From Anaerolineae bacterium (lineage in GTDB: Bacteria > Chloroflexota > Anaerolineae > B4-G1 > DUEL01): 36,958 bases of DNA. The notes beneath the pieces were generated by a model. That model saw only the letters and a list, made by a program, of their open reading frames with translations, had not been told where the DNA came from and ran no database searches. Position numbers and translations under genes: made by a program. This document shows, piece by piece, positions 8,394 to 16,677 of this stretch. Each line of letters starts with the position of its first letter. The stretch's first letter is position 1. The stretch lies in NCBI GenBank assembly GCA_041082215.1, contig JBDOIF010000024.1, positions 1-36,958 of the forward strand, given 5' to 3'.

Positions 8394-9437
8394 ATGGAAG
8401 GATCGCAGGAGCAGGAAGGGGAACAGGGGGGCAAGGGGGTCAGAGGAGCCGGCCCCACGGTCGAGGGGGCGGTGAGGGCCTATCTGGAGGAGGTCGCGGC
8501 CAGCCGGAGCCCCCTCACCCACCGGGCCTACGCCCAGGCGGCGGAGCGTTTCCTGCAGGTGCTTCGGAAGCATGGTTTGAGGCCGGAGAGCACGGCCGTC
8601 TCTTCCGTCTCGCCGGAGTGGATGGCCTGGTACATCGAGGCCCTCCACGATTCCGCCGTTGCCACAGAGCGGCTCTTCCTCACCGCCCTGTTCGGATTCT
8701 TCGAATACGTCGCCGCCGAGGGCTGGGCGCCGGTCAACCTGCCGGCCCTCAAGCGGCTCCGCCAGCGCCGCGCCCGTCGGGAACCCACCCGTCTGCCCCC
8801 CTTTCCCCGCCAGGAGATCGAGCGGGTGCTGGAGACGGTCCATCAGGCCGCCGCCGCGCCGGTCGAGGATTTGCAAGAAAAATTGCGAATATTGCGCGAC
8901 CGTGCCCTTCTTTTTGTCCTCGCCGATACCGGCCTGCGGGTTTCCGAGGCCTGTTCCCTCACCCGCGGCCAGCTCGACTGGAACGAGGCGCGGGCGATCG
9001 TGCTGGGCAAGGGGAACCGGGAGGCGGTGGTGCGCTTCTCCGCCCGCTCCCTGCGCCACCTGCGCGCCTATCTGGACGCCCGCGCCGAACTGGACGGCGC
9101 CCAGGGCCGCCCCCTTTCCAGCCTGCCCCTCTTTGCCCGCCACGACCGGGGGGCCGGGAGGCGGGTTCTCCCCCTCTCCCCCCGCTCCGCCGAGAAGATC
9201 GTCGAGGGATGGGTGGTGGCAGCACTGGGGCCGGGGGCGCGGGGGACCATCACCCCCCATACCTTCCGCCACTACTTTGTCACCGTGGTCCTCCGCGGCA
9301 CCGGCGGCAACATCCGCCTGGCCCAGGAGCTGGCCCGCCACCGGTCCATCACCACCACGCAGCGGTACACCCACCTGAGCGATGACGAGCTGGACCGGGG
9401 GTATGAGGAGGTGTTCAATACGGGAAAGAACGGCTAG
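8394..9437 (+). CDS. Tyrosine recombinase/integrase (Xer-like)
   Basis: Complete catalytic set: TGLRVSE (R), GKGNR (K), HTFRH (HxxR), LARH (H), TQRYTH (Y). N-terminal core-binding domain (SPLTHRAY). ATG 8394 after AGGAGG. Confidence 0.95.
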   Translation: MEGSQEQEGEQGGKGVRGAGPTVEGAVRAYLEEVAASRSPLTHRAYAQAAERFLQVLRKHGLRPESTAVSSVSPEWMAWYIEALHDSAVATERLFLTALFGFFEYVAAEGWAPVNLPALKRLRQRRARREPTRLPPFPRQEIERVLETVHQAAAAPVEDLQEKLRILRDRALLFVLADTGLRVSEACSLTRGQLDWNEARAIVLGKGNREAVVRFSARSLRHLRAYLDARAELDGAQGRPLSSLPLFARHDRGAGRRVLPLSPRSAEKIVEGWVVAALGPGARGTITPHTFRHYFVTVVLRGTGGNIRLAQELARHRSITTTQRYTHLSDDELDRGYEEVFNTGKNG

Positions 9438-9449
9438 GTAGATGCGGGT

Positions 9450-9477
9450 TTGCGCTTCGGCCTCAAAGGTGTAAAAT
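9450..9477 (+). promoter_or_regulatory. Putative promoter of the four-gene cassette
   Basis: TTGCGC, 16 nt, TAAAAT in the AT-richer intergenic region. Confidence 0.45.
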
Positions 9478-9506
9478 AGAAATAGCCATTCAGTACCCCT
9501 TTCTTG

Positions 9507-9558
9507 ACCCTCGCCCCACCCCCCCTGGCCGGAAGGTGTTAGGGGGAGAGGTGAGGGT
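9507..9558. repeat. REP-like imperfect hairpin (ACCCTCGCC...GGTGAGGGT)
   Basis: Terminal inverted repeats. Related CCCTCACC elements occur near 30862 and at 35641-35733. Confidence 0.55.
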
Positions 9559-9593
9559 ATAGAAAATAGCAGAACAGAGCTATTGGAGGAGAT

Positions 9594-10031
9594 ATGAGAG
9601 AGACCTCGAAGGCCCCAGAGCGTCCATTGACCGAGGCCGCCCAGGTCCTTTCCAGGATCGCCGAGGAGCTAAGCCGGGTGAGCACCAGGCTGGCCGCCCA
9701 GGCGGAGGACAACAGCCCTGAGGCAGAGCTCCTGGGAGAATCTCAGAAAACGCTGACAGCCCTGTCTGAAAAACTGGGTCAGTGGGAGACCCGGGAAGGG
9801 GATACCGCCGCCAAACAGACAGCTCAACTGCGACACCGCATCCTGCAGGACCTCCTGCGCCGGGGGCCAGCCCTTCCTATCGAACTGGCGGCAGCAACCC
9901 TTTCTCTCCCCGAGGAGATCCAGCCCGTCCTGCAGGACCTGGCCCGGGAAGAGCTGATCGAGATTCGGGAGGTAAGGGGGGGGCATCTGGTCGCCCTCAC
10001 CGTCAGAGGACGGCAGGAAGCCAGCCGGTAG
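9594..10031 (+). CDS. Hypothetical protein: N-terminal coiled coil plus C-terminal winged-HTH-like domain
   Basis: GGAGGAG SD. C-terminus ILQDLLRRGPALPIELAAATLSLPEEIQPVLQDLAREELIEI..VALTVRGR follows the MarR/wHTH pattern. Confidence 0.7.
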   Translation: MRETSKAPERPLTEAAQVLSRIAEELSRVSTRLAAQAEDNSPEAELLGESQKTLTALSEKLGQWETREGDTAAKQTAQLRHRILQDLLRRGPALPIELAAATLSLPEEIQPVLQDLAREELIEIREVRGGHLVALTVRGRQEASR

Positions 10032-10041
10032 GAGAGCCTCT

Positions 10042-10668
10042 ATGGCTGCAATCATCTCCCTGGGGCCTTATTTCCTCGTTCTCCTTCTGGCTGTCGCCTG
10101 GGTCCTGGCCGAGATTGTGCAGACCTTCCACGGCGATGTATCCCGTGCCTTGAAGAGCCGGTGGACTGCCCTCTTTATAGGCCTCAACATAGCCTTTGCC
10201 CTCCTGGCCTACCTCACAGTCCGGCTTCTGGCCCCTGCCTCTACGGACCCCTGGCTCCTGGCTCTGGTCGCCGGTGCCGGCTGGCAGGCCCTCCTTCGTA
10301 CACGCATCAATTTGCTCCAGCCTATGACCTCTGGTGAAGAGGGAGCGGTCTCCCTTTCCCTGGCCGATCTGTACAACCGCTTTCAGCAATTCTGCCGGAG
10401 TCAGATTGACCAGACCCTGGCGGGCGAACGCATCCGTCTCCTCGAACAAGCAACCCGGTTCCCTCCCGACGCCCTGGCCCAGCAGGTGCGCCTGTTCGCC
10501 CACGCTTCTGTCCTCCGTTCCCCCGAGGAGGTGGAGACCTACATGGCGAAACTGCAGGACAAGCCCCTCCAGCAGCAGAGCCTCCTGCTGGCCTCCTACC
10601 TCCTCCGGGAGGGCGGCTATGACCTTTTCCGGGAACGGCTGAGAGTGATGGAAAAGAATGCTCGATAG
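10042..10668 (+). CDS. Hypothetical membrane protein (about 3 N-terminal TM helices plus a soluble helical domain)
   Basis: Hydrophobic segments YFLVLLLAVAWVLA, ALFIGLNIAFALLAYL and WLLALVAGAGW; AGGAG SD; 10-bp gap from the previous gene. Confidence 0.8.
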   Translation: MAAIISLGPYFLVLLLAVAWVLAEIVQTFHGDVSRALKSRWTALFIGLNIAFALLAYLTVRLLAPASTDPWLLALVAGAGWQALLRTRINLLQPMTSGEEGAVSLSLADLYNRFQQFCRSQIDQTLAGERIRLLEQATRFPPDALAQQVRLFAHASVLRSPEEVETYMAKLQDKPLQQQSLLLASYLLREGGYDLFRERLRVMEKNAR

Positions 10669-10692
10669 CCTCCACCCAACTCAGGAGGAAGC

Positions 10693-11949
10693 ATGTCTGC
10701 TACGAGCCTTGAAGAAGCCCTGAACACCTTCCATCCGGCGCCGCTGCGGAGTGAGGAAGAGCTGAATCTATACTACGTTGAGCGGCCCCTAAGCCCGCTG
10801 GACCGGATGGCCATCCAGCTCCGCAGCCGCCAGCGGCTCAAGGTGCTTTTTACCGGCCATCGGATAGCCGGCAAGACAACGGAGTTGAACCGACTGACTG
10901 CCAATCTGGTAGATTCCCATTTTGTAGTACACTTCTCCGTCCTCGATACATTGAACGCCTACGATGTGCACTACGCCGATCTGATGCTGGCCCTGGCCAC
11001 ACGCCTGTTTCAGAGAGCAACAGACGAGAGGCTTTTCCCCAGAGGCGTCGGAGCACTGGTTCAGGAGAAGCTGCTGGAAGATGTGTTGCTGTGGCTGGAG
11101 AAGCGGATTGAAGGGCTGCAGTTTATCCCCTCCCCCACCGAAATGAGCCTGAGCGGCCGCGTGAACTTTCTGGCGGTGCAGATGGAAGCCAAGCTGAGTA
11201 CCGAGGCTGTAACCCGTCAGGCACTGCGGGAGAGGGTCTCCATGCATCTTTCCGAACTGGTCGAAAAGACCAACTATGTCGTTGGCGAGGTCGAGCGTAA
11301 GGCACAACGGCAGGTGCTTTTCATCGTAGAGGATATTGACAAGCTGGACCTGGCCAACGCCCGTGACCTTTTTCTTGAGCATGCGCGCTCCCTCACCGCC
11401 GTCCGTGCTTCCATCATCTACACCTTTCCTGTTGCCCTGCGGTATTCACCAGACTTTCCACACGTTGCCGCTAACTTCGACCGGCACTTCATTCTGCCCA
11501 ACGTCCGCCTCGTTGACCGGAAGGGTAACCCGGATGCCCAGGGGCGTCAAACGCTGGAGCAGGTTTTCTATCGGCGAATAGACAGAAACCTGGTCGAACC
11601 GGAAGCACTGCGCAGACTCATAGAGGCCAGCGGCGGGCTGGTTGGAACGCTGGTGCGGCTGGGAGGATTGGCAGCAGAGCATGCGCTGGTGGATGGGAAG
11701 CAGACCATTGACAGCGAAAGCGCTGAGCATGCCATTGCTGAAATACGGGGCGACCTGCGGGCTTTGCTGCGCAAGGAGGATTATGAGGTCCTTCGGCGCC
11801 GGCTGGCCGGCGAAGAGCTGTTCAACGAAGAAATCGTGCGCGAACTGCTCTACACCGGTTGTCTTCTGGAATACCATAATGATGAACCCTGGACCGGCGT
11901 ACATCCTATTTTGCAGCCTCTGCTGAAAGAGTGGAAAGAGCGACCCTGA
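10693..11949 (+). CDS. P-loop (AAA+/STAND-like) ATPase
   Basis: Walker A GHRIAGKTT, Walker B LFIVEDIDK, ASGG motif, C-terminal LLEY..W.GVHPIL; AGGAGG SD. Confidence 0.9.
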   Translation: MSATSLEEALNTFHPAPLRSEEELNLYYVERPLSPLDRMAIQLRSRQRLKVLFTGHRIAGKTTELNRLTANLVDSHFVVHFSVLDTLNAYDVHYADLMLALATRLFQRATDERLFPRGVGALVQEKLLEDVLLWLEKRIEGLQFIPSPTEMSLSGRVNFLAVQMEAKLSTEAVTRQALRERVSMHLSELVEKTNYVVGEVERKAQRQVLFIVEDIDKLDLANARDLFLEHARSLTAVRASIIYTFPVALRYSPDFPHVAANFDRHFILPNVRLVDRKGNPDAQGRQTLEQVFYRRIDRNLVEPEALRRLIEASGGLVGTLVRLGGLAAEHALVDGKQTIDSESAEHAIAEIRGDLRALLRKEDYEVLRRRLAGEELFNEEIVRELLYTGCLLEYHNDEPWTGVHPILQPLLKEWKERP

Positions 11950-13190
11950 CCCGCCCCACCCTGCCCGGTGGTGTTGATCCGTTGCAGTTAGTGCCGTCGC
12001 GCGAGTTCGATCGGCTGGCCCTGTTGCTCTCTCATTCCGAACAGGGAGCCTGGGTTTTCTGCCTGTATAACACCGCCCCGGTGCGCGATGCGATCGTGGA
12101 GGCGTTGCGCGCCCGACTGGACCCCCTGCCGGTCTATGAGTTCACTCTTTCCCCCCAGCAACCCAACCCTCGCGATTACCTGCGGCATCTTCCGGCCGAT
12201 GCCGCCAGCCGACGGGCGGTTATCTTTTTTTATGACGCCTGGCGGGCTTTCGACAGCGGCTTTTTTGGCTATCTGGATCTGCAACGAGAGCAGTTTATGA
12301 AAGCGCCTCACAGCCTCGTCTTCTGGATCCACGATGCCGACCGGGCCGCTATCGCCCGCCATGCCCCCAACTTCTTCTCCCGCCATGCTGGCGTTTTCGA
12401 CTTTCGGGTGACGATACCCGAGCAGGTGGAAGCCATCCGGGGATTCTGGGTAGCCCAGCCCATCGGGTGGGATAGCGTGGAGGAGAGGGATCGGCAGGAG
12501 CGATTGTATGTGGGGTTGCTGGCCGAGTATGAGGCCGATGAAGAGCCAGATCAGGCAGCCATCGCGGAACTGCTGGGCAAGCTGGCCAATATCTGGTACT
12601 TCAGCGACCGCCTGGAGGAGGCGGGAGGAGCACTGCAACGTAGATTGGAGCTGACGAGAACGCTGGAAGATCGGAGCGGGGAGGCCAATACCCACCTTGC
12701 GCTTGGCCAGCTTGCCATCCGGCGCTACGATCTGGACGGGGCGCTGGAGCGGTACGAGGAGGCGCTGCGGCTGTACCGGGCCGTGGGCGACCGGCTGGGG
12801 GAGGCCAACACGCTGAAGGCCATCGGCGACGTGCTCAACTTCCGCAAGGAGCTGGACGGGGCGCTGGAGCGGTACGAGGAGGCGCTGCGGCTGTACCGGG
12901 CCGTGGGCGACCGGCTGGGGGAGGCCAACACGCTGGGTTCTATGAGCCGCCTGGCACTTCAAAAGGGGGATAACGACCAGGCCCGCGCCCTGCTCCAGCA
13001 GGCGGTGAGCCTCCATACAGCCATCGGTAGCCGATATGATGTCGCCGTTGACCTGGGCAACTTCGGGCTGGTCCTGCGGAATATGGGCCGCATGGAGGAG
13101 GCTCGCCCCTACCTTCTACAGGCAGCAGAGGTTTTCGAAGCTATCGGCCTCACCGAGAGGGCGGAAAAACACCGCCAGGCTGCAGGATAG
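11931..13190 (+). CDS. Tetratricopeptide-repeat protein with an N-terminal alpha/beta (possibly degenerate NTPase-like) domain
   Basis: 40-aa TPR units (ALERYEEALRLYRAVGDRLGEANTL). N-terminal LDLQREQF..LVFW..HAPNFFS..VFDF. Overlaps the ATPase 3' end by 19 bp. Confidence 0.88.
   Translation: MERATLTRPTLPGGVDPLQLVPSREFDRLALLLSHSEQGAWVFCLYNTAPVRDAIVEALRARLDPLPVYEFTLSPQQPNPRDYLRHLPADAASRRAVIFFYDAWRAFDSGFFGYLDLQREQFMKAPHSLVFWIHDADRAAIARHAPNFFSRHAGVFDFRVTIPEQVEAIRGFWVAQPIGWDSVEERDRQERLYVGLLAEYEADEEPDQAAIAELLGKLANIWYFSDRLEEAGGALQRRLELTRTLEDRSGEANTHLALGQLAIRRYDLDGALERYEEALRLYRAVGDRLGEANTLKAIGDVLNFRKELDGALERYEEALRLYRAVGDRLGEANTLGSMSRLALQKGDNDQARALLQQAVSLHTAIGSRYDVAVDLGNFGLVLRNMGRMEEARPYLLQAAEVFEAIGLTERAEKHRQAAG
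12732..12935 (+). repeat. Intragenic 120-bp-period duplication (84 bp identical) encoding TPR units
   Basis: 12732-12815 is identical to 12852-12935. Confidence 0.95.
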
Positions 13191-13297
13191 AGCCTGCCCC
13201 CCCACTCATCACGGAATACGAAATACGCAATACGCACAGGCTGCAGGATAGAGCCTGCCCCCCCACTCATCACGGAATACGAAATACGCAATACGCA
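13176..13297. repeat. Perfect 61-bp tandem duplication containing AATACG(A/C) heptamers
   Basis: 13176-13236 is identical to 13237-13297 and includes the last codons and stop of the TPR gene. Confidence 0.95.
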
Positions 13298-13304
13298 ACC
13301 CGCC

Positions 13305-14324
13305 TCACCTCTCCCTCCCCACCAGCTCCAGCGCCAGTTCGCGCAGGCCGTCGGCGGCAGGTCCCCGGAGGGCAGCAGCCCCCAGCGCCGCCAGCGCCCG
13401 GTCGGTCAGCTCCCGCGCCTGCCCCTGCGCCCACGCCTGGCTCCCCGCCTCCTCCAGCAACGCCACCGCCCGGCCCACGTCCTCCGGCGAAAGCCCCCCC
13501 TGAGCCAGCAACGCCCGGAGCGGCCCGCTCCGCTGGAGGCCGTGGAGGATGGGGAGCGTCTTCTTCCGGCGAAGCAGGTCGCTCCCCACCGGCTTCCCCG
13601 TCACCTCCGGGTCCCCCCAGATGCCCAGCAGGTCGTCCTGGACCTGAAAGGCCAGCCCCAGGTTATGCCCGAAATCCCGCAGCCGCTCCCGCTGCCCCGG
13701 CGGGCTACCCGCCACCAGCGCCCCCAGTTCGCAGGCGGCAGCCAGCAGCGCGGCGGTCTTCCCCTCCACCATCCGCAGGTACGCCCCGGTGGAAACCTGC
13801 TCTCGGGCCTCGAAAGAAAGGTCCAGGAACTGCCCCTCCGTCAGCCGGAGGCAGGCCTGGCTGAAAACCCTCAGGGCGGCAACGACCGTCCCTTCCGGCA
13901 CCCCCCGATCGCTCAGCCGGAGGAGGGCGATGTGGGAAAGGGCGTAGAGGGCGTCTCCGGCGTTGAGGGCCTGGGAGACCCCCCACAGCGCCCACAGGGT
14001 CGGGCGGCCCCGGCGGGTCCGGTCGTTGTCCTCGATATCGTCGTGGATGAGGGAGAAGTTGTGGAGCAGCTCGACGGCGGCGGCGGCGGGCAGCGCCTGC
14101 TCCCATTCCCCGCCGCATGCCTCGCAGCTCAGCAGACAGAAGACAGGCCGTAACCGCTTGCCCGCCCGACCGCCGGTGGGCCGGAGCTGCTCGTCGGCCC
14201 AGCCCAGGTGGTAGTGGAGGTAACCGTAGAGGGGGCGCAGTTCGGGGTCGGATGCAGCGACCACCGCCTGCATCTCCGCTTCCAGAGCGGGGAGGTAACG
14301 GTTGAAGAAGGGTTGGAGGGTCAT
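13305..14324 (-). CDS. Polyprenyl diphosphate synthase (GGPP/FPP synthase family)
   Basis: [45 protein letters not shown]. Confidence 0.95.
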   Translation of the reverse strand: MTLQPFFNRYLPALEAEMQAVVAASDPELRPLYGYLHYHLGWADEQLRPTGGRAGKRLRPVFCLLSCEACGGEWEQALPAAAAVELLHNFSLIHDDIEDNDRTRRGRPTLWALWGVSQALNAGDALYALSHIALLRLSDRGVPEGTVVAALRVFSQACLRLTEGQFLDLSFEAREQVSTGAYLRMVEGKTAALLAAACELGALVAGSPPGQRERLRDFGHNLGLAFQVQDDLLGIWGDPEVTGKPVGSDLLRRKKTLPILHGLQRSGPLRALLAQGGLSPEDVGRAVALLEEAGSQAWAQGQARELTDRALAALGAAALRGPAADGLRELALELVGRER

Positions 14325-15412
14325 GGTGGCTCGTTACTGGTTGCTGGTTGCTGGTTGCTGGTTGCTGGTTGCTCGTGGCGGATCAGGGGGGTGCGGGAGA
14401 GGGCGGCCAGGTCGCGGGCGCCGGCGGCGAACATGGCCACGCGGAGCTGGGCGATGATGACGGCGATGGCCCGGACAGCCGCCCCGGCCGATTCGGCGGC
14501 GGCCAGAAGCAGAGGCCGGGCAATGCCGCAGGCCGTCGCGCCGAGGGCGATGGCCTTCGCCACCTGGATACCGTCCCGCACCCCTCCGCTGGCGATCAGC
14601 GGCAGGTCGGGGACGGCCTCCCGGACCTGCCGGACCGCCTCAGCGGTGGGGATGCCCCAATCCCGAAAGGCGGCAGCCACTGCCCGCTGGTGGCTATCCT
14701 GCGCCCGGTGCATCTCCACCTGACTCCAGGAGGTCCCCCCCGCCCCCGCCACATCGAGCGCCGCCACGCCGGCGTCGGCCAGCCGGCGGGCCACCCCGGC
14801 GGAAAGCCCCCACCCCACCTCCTTGACCACCACCGGCACCTCCAGCGCCCGGCAGACCCCCTCGATCTTCCGCAGCAGGTCGGAGAAATCGGTCTGCCCC
14901 TCCGGTTGCAGCGCCTCCTGAAGGGGGTTGAGGTGGAGGATGAGGCCGTCGGCCTCCACCATCTCCACCGCCCGCCGGCAGTGGTCGGGGGTATAGCCAT
15001 AGTTGAGCTGCACCGCCCCCAGATTGGCCAGAAGCAGGATGTCGGGCGCCACGTCCCGCACCTGATAGGAAGGGATCAAAGAGGGATCCTCCAGCGCCGC
15101 CCGCTGCGACCCCAACCCCATCCCGATCCCCATCTCCTGTGCGGCCTGAGCCAGCCGGCGGTTGAGGACCCCCGCCTCGGCGGTGCCGCCCGTCATCGGG
15201 GAGATCAGGAGCGGGGCGGAAAGCCGCCTGCCCAGAAGCCGCACCGATGGGTCCACCGACCGGAGGTCAAACTCCGGCAGGGCGCAATGGGGAAGCCGGT
15301 ACTGCTCGAAGCCGGTGGTGAGCCTGTCGAACGAGACGTCCTCTTCCAGGGTGATACGGATGTGGTCCGCTTTCCGTTGCCGGTGCACATCCCCCTCGCA
15401 ACTTCCACCCAC
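14321..15412 (-). CDS. fni: Type 2 isopentenyl-diphosphate delta-isomerase (FMN-dependent)
   Basis: [49 protein letters not shown]. Start uncertain (GTG 15412 or 15388). Confidence 0.95.
   Translation of the reverse strand: MGGSCEGDVHRQRKADHIRITLEEDVSFDRLTTGFEQYRLPHCALPEFDLRSVDPSVRLLGRRLSAPLLISPMTGGTAEAGVLNRRLAQAAQEMGIGMGLGSQRAALEDPSLIPSYQVRDVAPDILLLANLGAVQLNYGYTPDHCRRAVEMVEADGLILHLNPLQEALQPEGQTDFSDLLRKIEGVCRALEVPVVVKEVGWGLSAGVARRLADAGVAALDVAGAGGTSWSQVEMHRAQDSHQRAVAAAFRDWGIPTAEAVRQVREAVPDLPLIASGGVRDGIQVAKAIALGATACGIARPLLLAAAESAGAAVRAIAVIIAQLRVAMFAAGARDLAALSRTPLIRHEQPATSNQQPATSNEPP
14326..14374 (-). repeat. Heptamer tandem repeat (CAGCAAC)n in the 3' end of fni
   Basis: Seven GTTGCTG-like units on the plus strand, encoding the tail [16 protein letters not shown]. 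Confidence 0.9.
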
Positions 15413-15434
15413 AGGCGGTGTTGTGTATAGTAGC

Positions 15435-15463
15435 ATCATACCAGCGGGGAGGGGGTTTGTCAA
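15435..15463 (-). promoter_or_regulatory. Promoter of the fni operon
   Basis: Minus strand TTGACA, 17 nt, TATGAT. Confidence 0.75.
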
Positions 15464-15480
15464 ACACCGCGCCTCACCGC

Positions 15481-15508
15481 TTGACAATTCCTCCCCGGCA
15501 GATACAAT
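15481..15508 (+). promoter_or_regulatory. Promoter of acpP (divergent from fni)
   Basis: TTGACA, 16 nt, TACAAT. Confidence 0.7.
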
Positions 15509-15540
15509 ACGTCTCGTTCCAAATCCCCAGGAGGTGAAAG

Positions 15541-15777
15541 ATGTTTGAGCGCGTAAAGGAGATCATCGTCGAGCTGCTCGGAGTGGAGCCGGAGAAGGTC
15601 ACGATGGATGCCCGCTTCCGGGAGGACCTGGGGGCGGACTCCCTCGACCTGGTCGAGCTGGTGATGGCCTTCGAGGAGGAGTTCGGCGGGACCATCTCCG
15701 ATGAGGAAGCCCAGCAGATCAAAACGGTGGGCGACGCCGTCCGCTACATCGAAACGCGGATGACGGTCGGCAGATAG
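15541..15777 (+). CDS. acpP: Acyl carrier protein
   Basis: [21 protein letters not shown] phosphopantetheine motif; AGGAGGT SD. Confidence 0.98.
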   Translation: MFERVKEIIVELLGVEPEKVTMDARFREDLGADSLDLVELVMAFEEEFGGTISDEEAQQIKTVGDAVRYIETRMTVGR

Positions 15778-15803
15778 GGCGCGGTCGGTCGCAGGGTCAA
15801 TCC

Positions 15804-15843
15804 GGGTCACCGACTTCCCTCTTGCAGGTCGGTGGCCTTTTTT
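15804..15843 (+). terminator. Rho-independent terminator after acpP
   Basis: GGTCACCGACT/GGTCGGTGGCC stem followed by T6. Confidence 0.8.
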
Positions 15844-15912
15844 GTGGCTCAGCCGGGCAGCCTGTACGGACTGCTCGGAGAATCAGATCAACTTCTAATG
15901 AGGAGGTTTCCG

Positions 15913-16638
15913 GTGAAAAGGCTCACTCTCTTGCTGACTATTCTTCTGGTGCTCCTGGCGGCCTGTGCGCAGGCCACCCCGTCTGCACCGACCCAGCCAC
16001 CTGCCCCGACGGCGACGCCTCGCCCAACGGACACGCCAGCCCCAACCCCTTCTCCAACCTCTTCGCCGACCCCGACGGGACCGATGGTCCTGACCAGCAG
16101 CGCCTTTGCTAACGAGGGGGACATCCCTCTGCGCTACGGGCAGCGGGAGTTCCGGGTTGCTGTTATGGTAGGAGGGGAAGAGCGGACTTTTGCCTGCTTC
16201 AACCCGCCGGAGAGCGAAAACATCTCCCCCGATCTTGCCTGGACGAACGTCCCGGCCGGAGCCCAAAGTCTGGCGCTGATCATGGTGGACGATCTCCACT
16301 TTGCCTGGTCAGACATACCTGCTGGCACATTCTTCATCCACTGGCTTGTCTATAACATCCCGCCAGCGGTGGCAGGACTGCCGGAAGGGATCCCCGGCGA
16401 CTCCCTTACTCTGGCCGATGGCTCCATGCAGGGCAGGAACGACTATCCGGAACCCTATGACCTTGGTTACGGGGGACCCTGTCCGCCGCCGGAGAGACAT
16501 CTCTACATCTTCACGCTGTACGCTCTGGACACTGTTCTTGACCTGTCACCCGGCGTTGATTACTATACGCTCATGGGTGCGATGGAGGGGCACATCCTGG
16601 CGCAGGCCGAACTGAAGGGCTATTTCAGCGGGGAATAA
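15913..16638 (+). CDS. YbhB/YbcL (PEBP/RKIP-like) family lipoprotein
   Basis: GTG after AGGAGG; lipobox LAAC; Pro/Thr linker; SPDLAW, FIHWLVYNIP, GYGGPCPP..H.YIFTLYALD. Confidence 0.9.
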   Translation: MKRLTLLLTILLVLLAACAQATPSAPTQPPAPTATPRPTDTPAPTPSPTSSPTPTGPMVLTSSAFANEGDIPLRYGQREFRVAVMVGGEERTFACFNPPESENISPDLAWTNVPAGAQSLALIMVDDLHFAWSDIPAGTFFIHWLVYNIPPAVAGLPEGIPGDSLTLADGSMQGRNDYPEPYDLGYGGPCPPPERHLYIFTLYALDTVLDLSPGVDYYTLMGAMEGHILAQAELKGYFSGE

Positions 16639-16677
16639 ACGACCCTGCAGATGCTAAGGGAGGTAGGGAGGGAGGAT

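Noticed and set aside
13176..13297. Second lox/dif-like site (ATACGAA) closing an excisable element, or a mini-CRISPR
   Set aside because: Only a 7-bp half-arm match inside a heptamer repeat, with no inverted partner and no spacer. I found no second full site in the window.
8394..13297. Prophage or ICE
   Set aside because: No phage structural, replication or conjugation genes and no clear flanking att direct repeats.
14321..14374. Repeat-driven Fni-prenyl synthase fusion
   Set aside because: An in-frame TAA lies just upstream of the prenyl synthase ATG in that frame.
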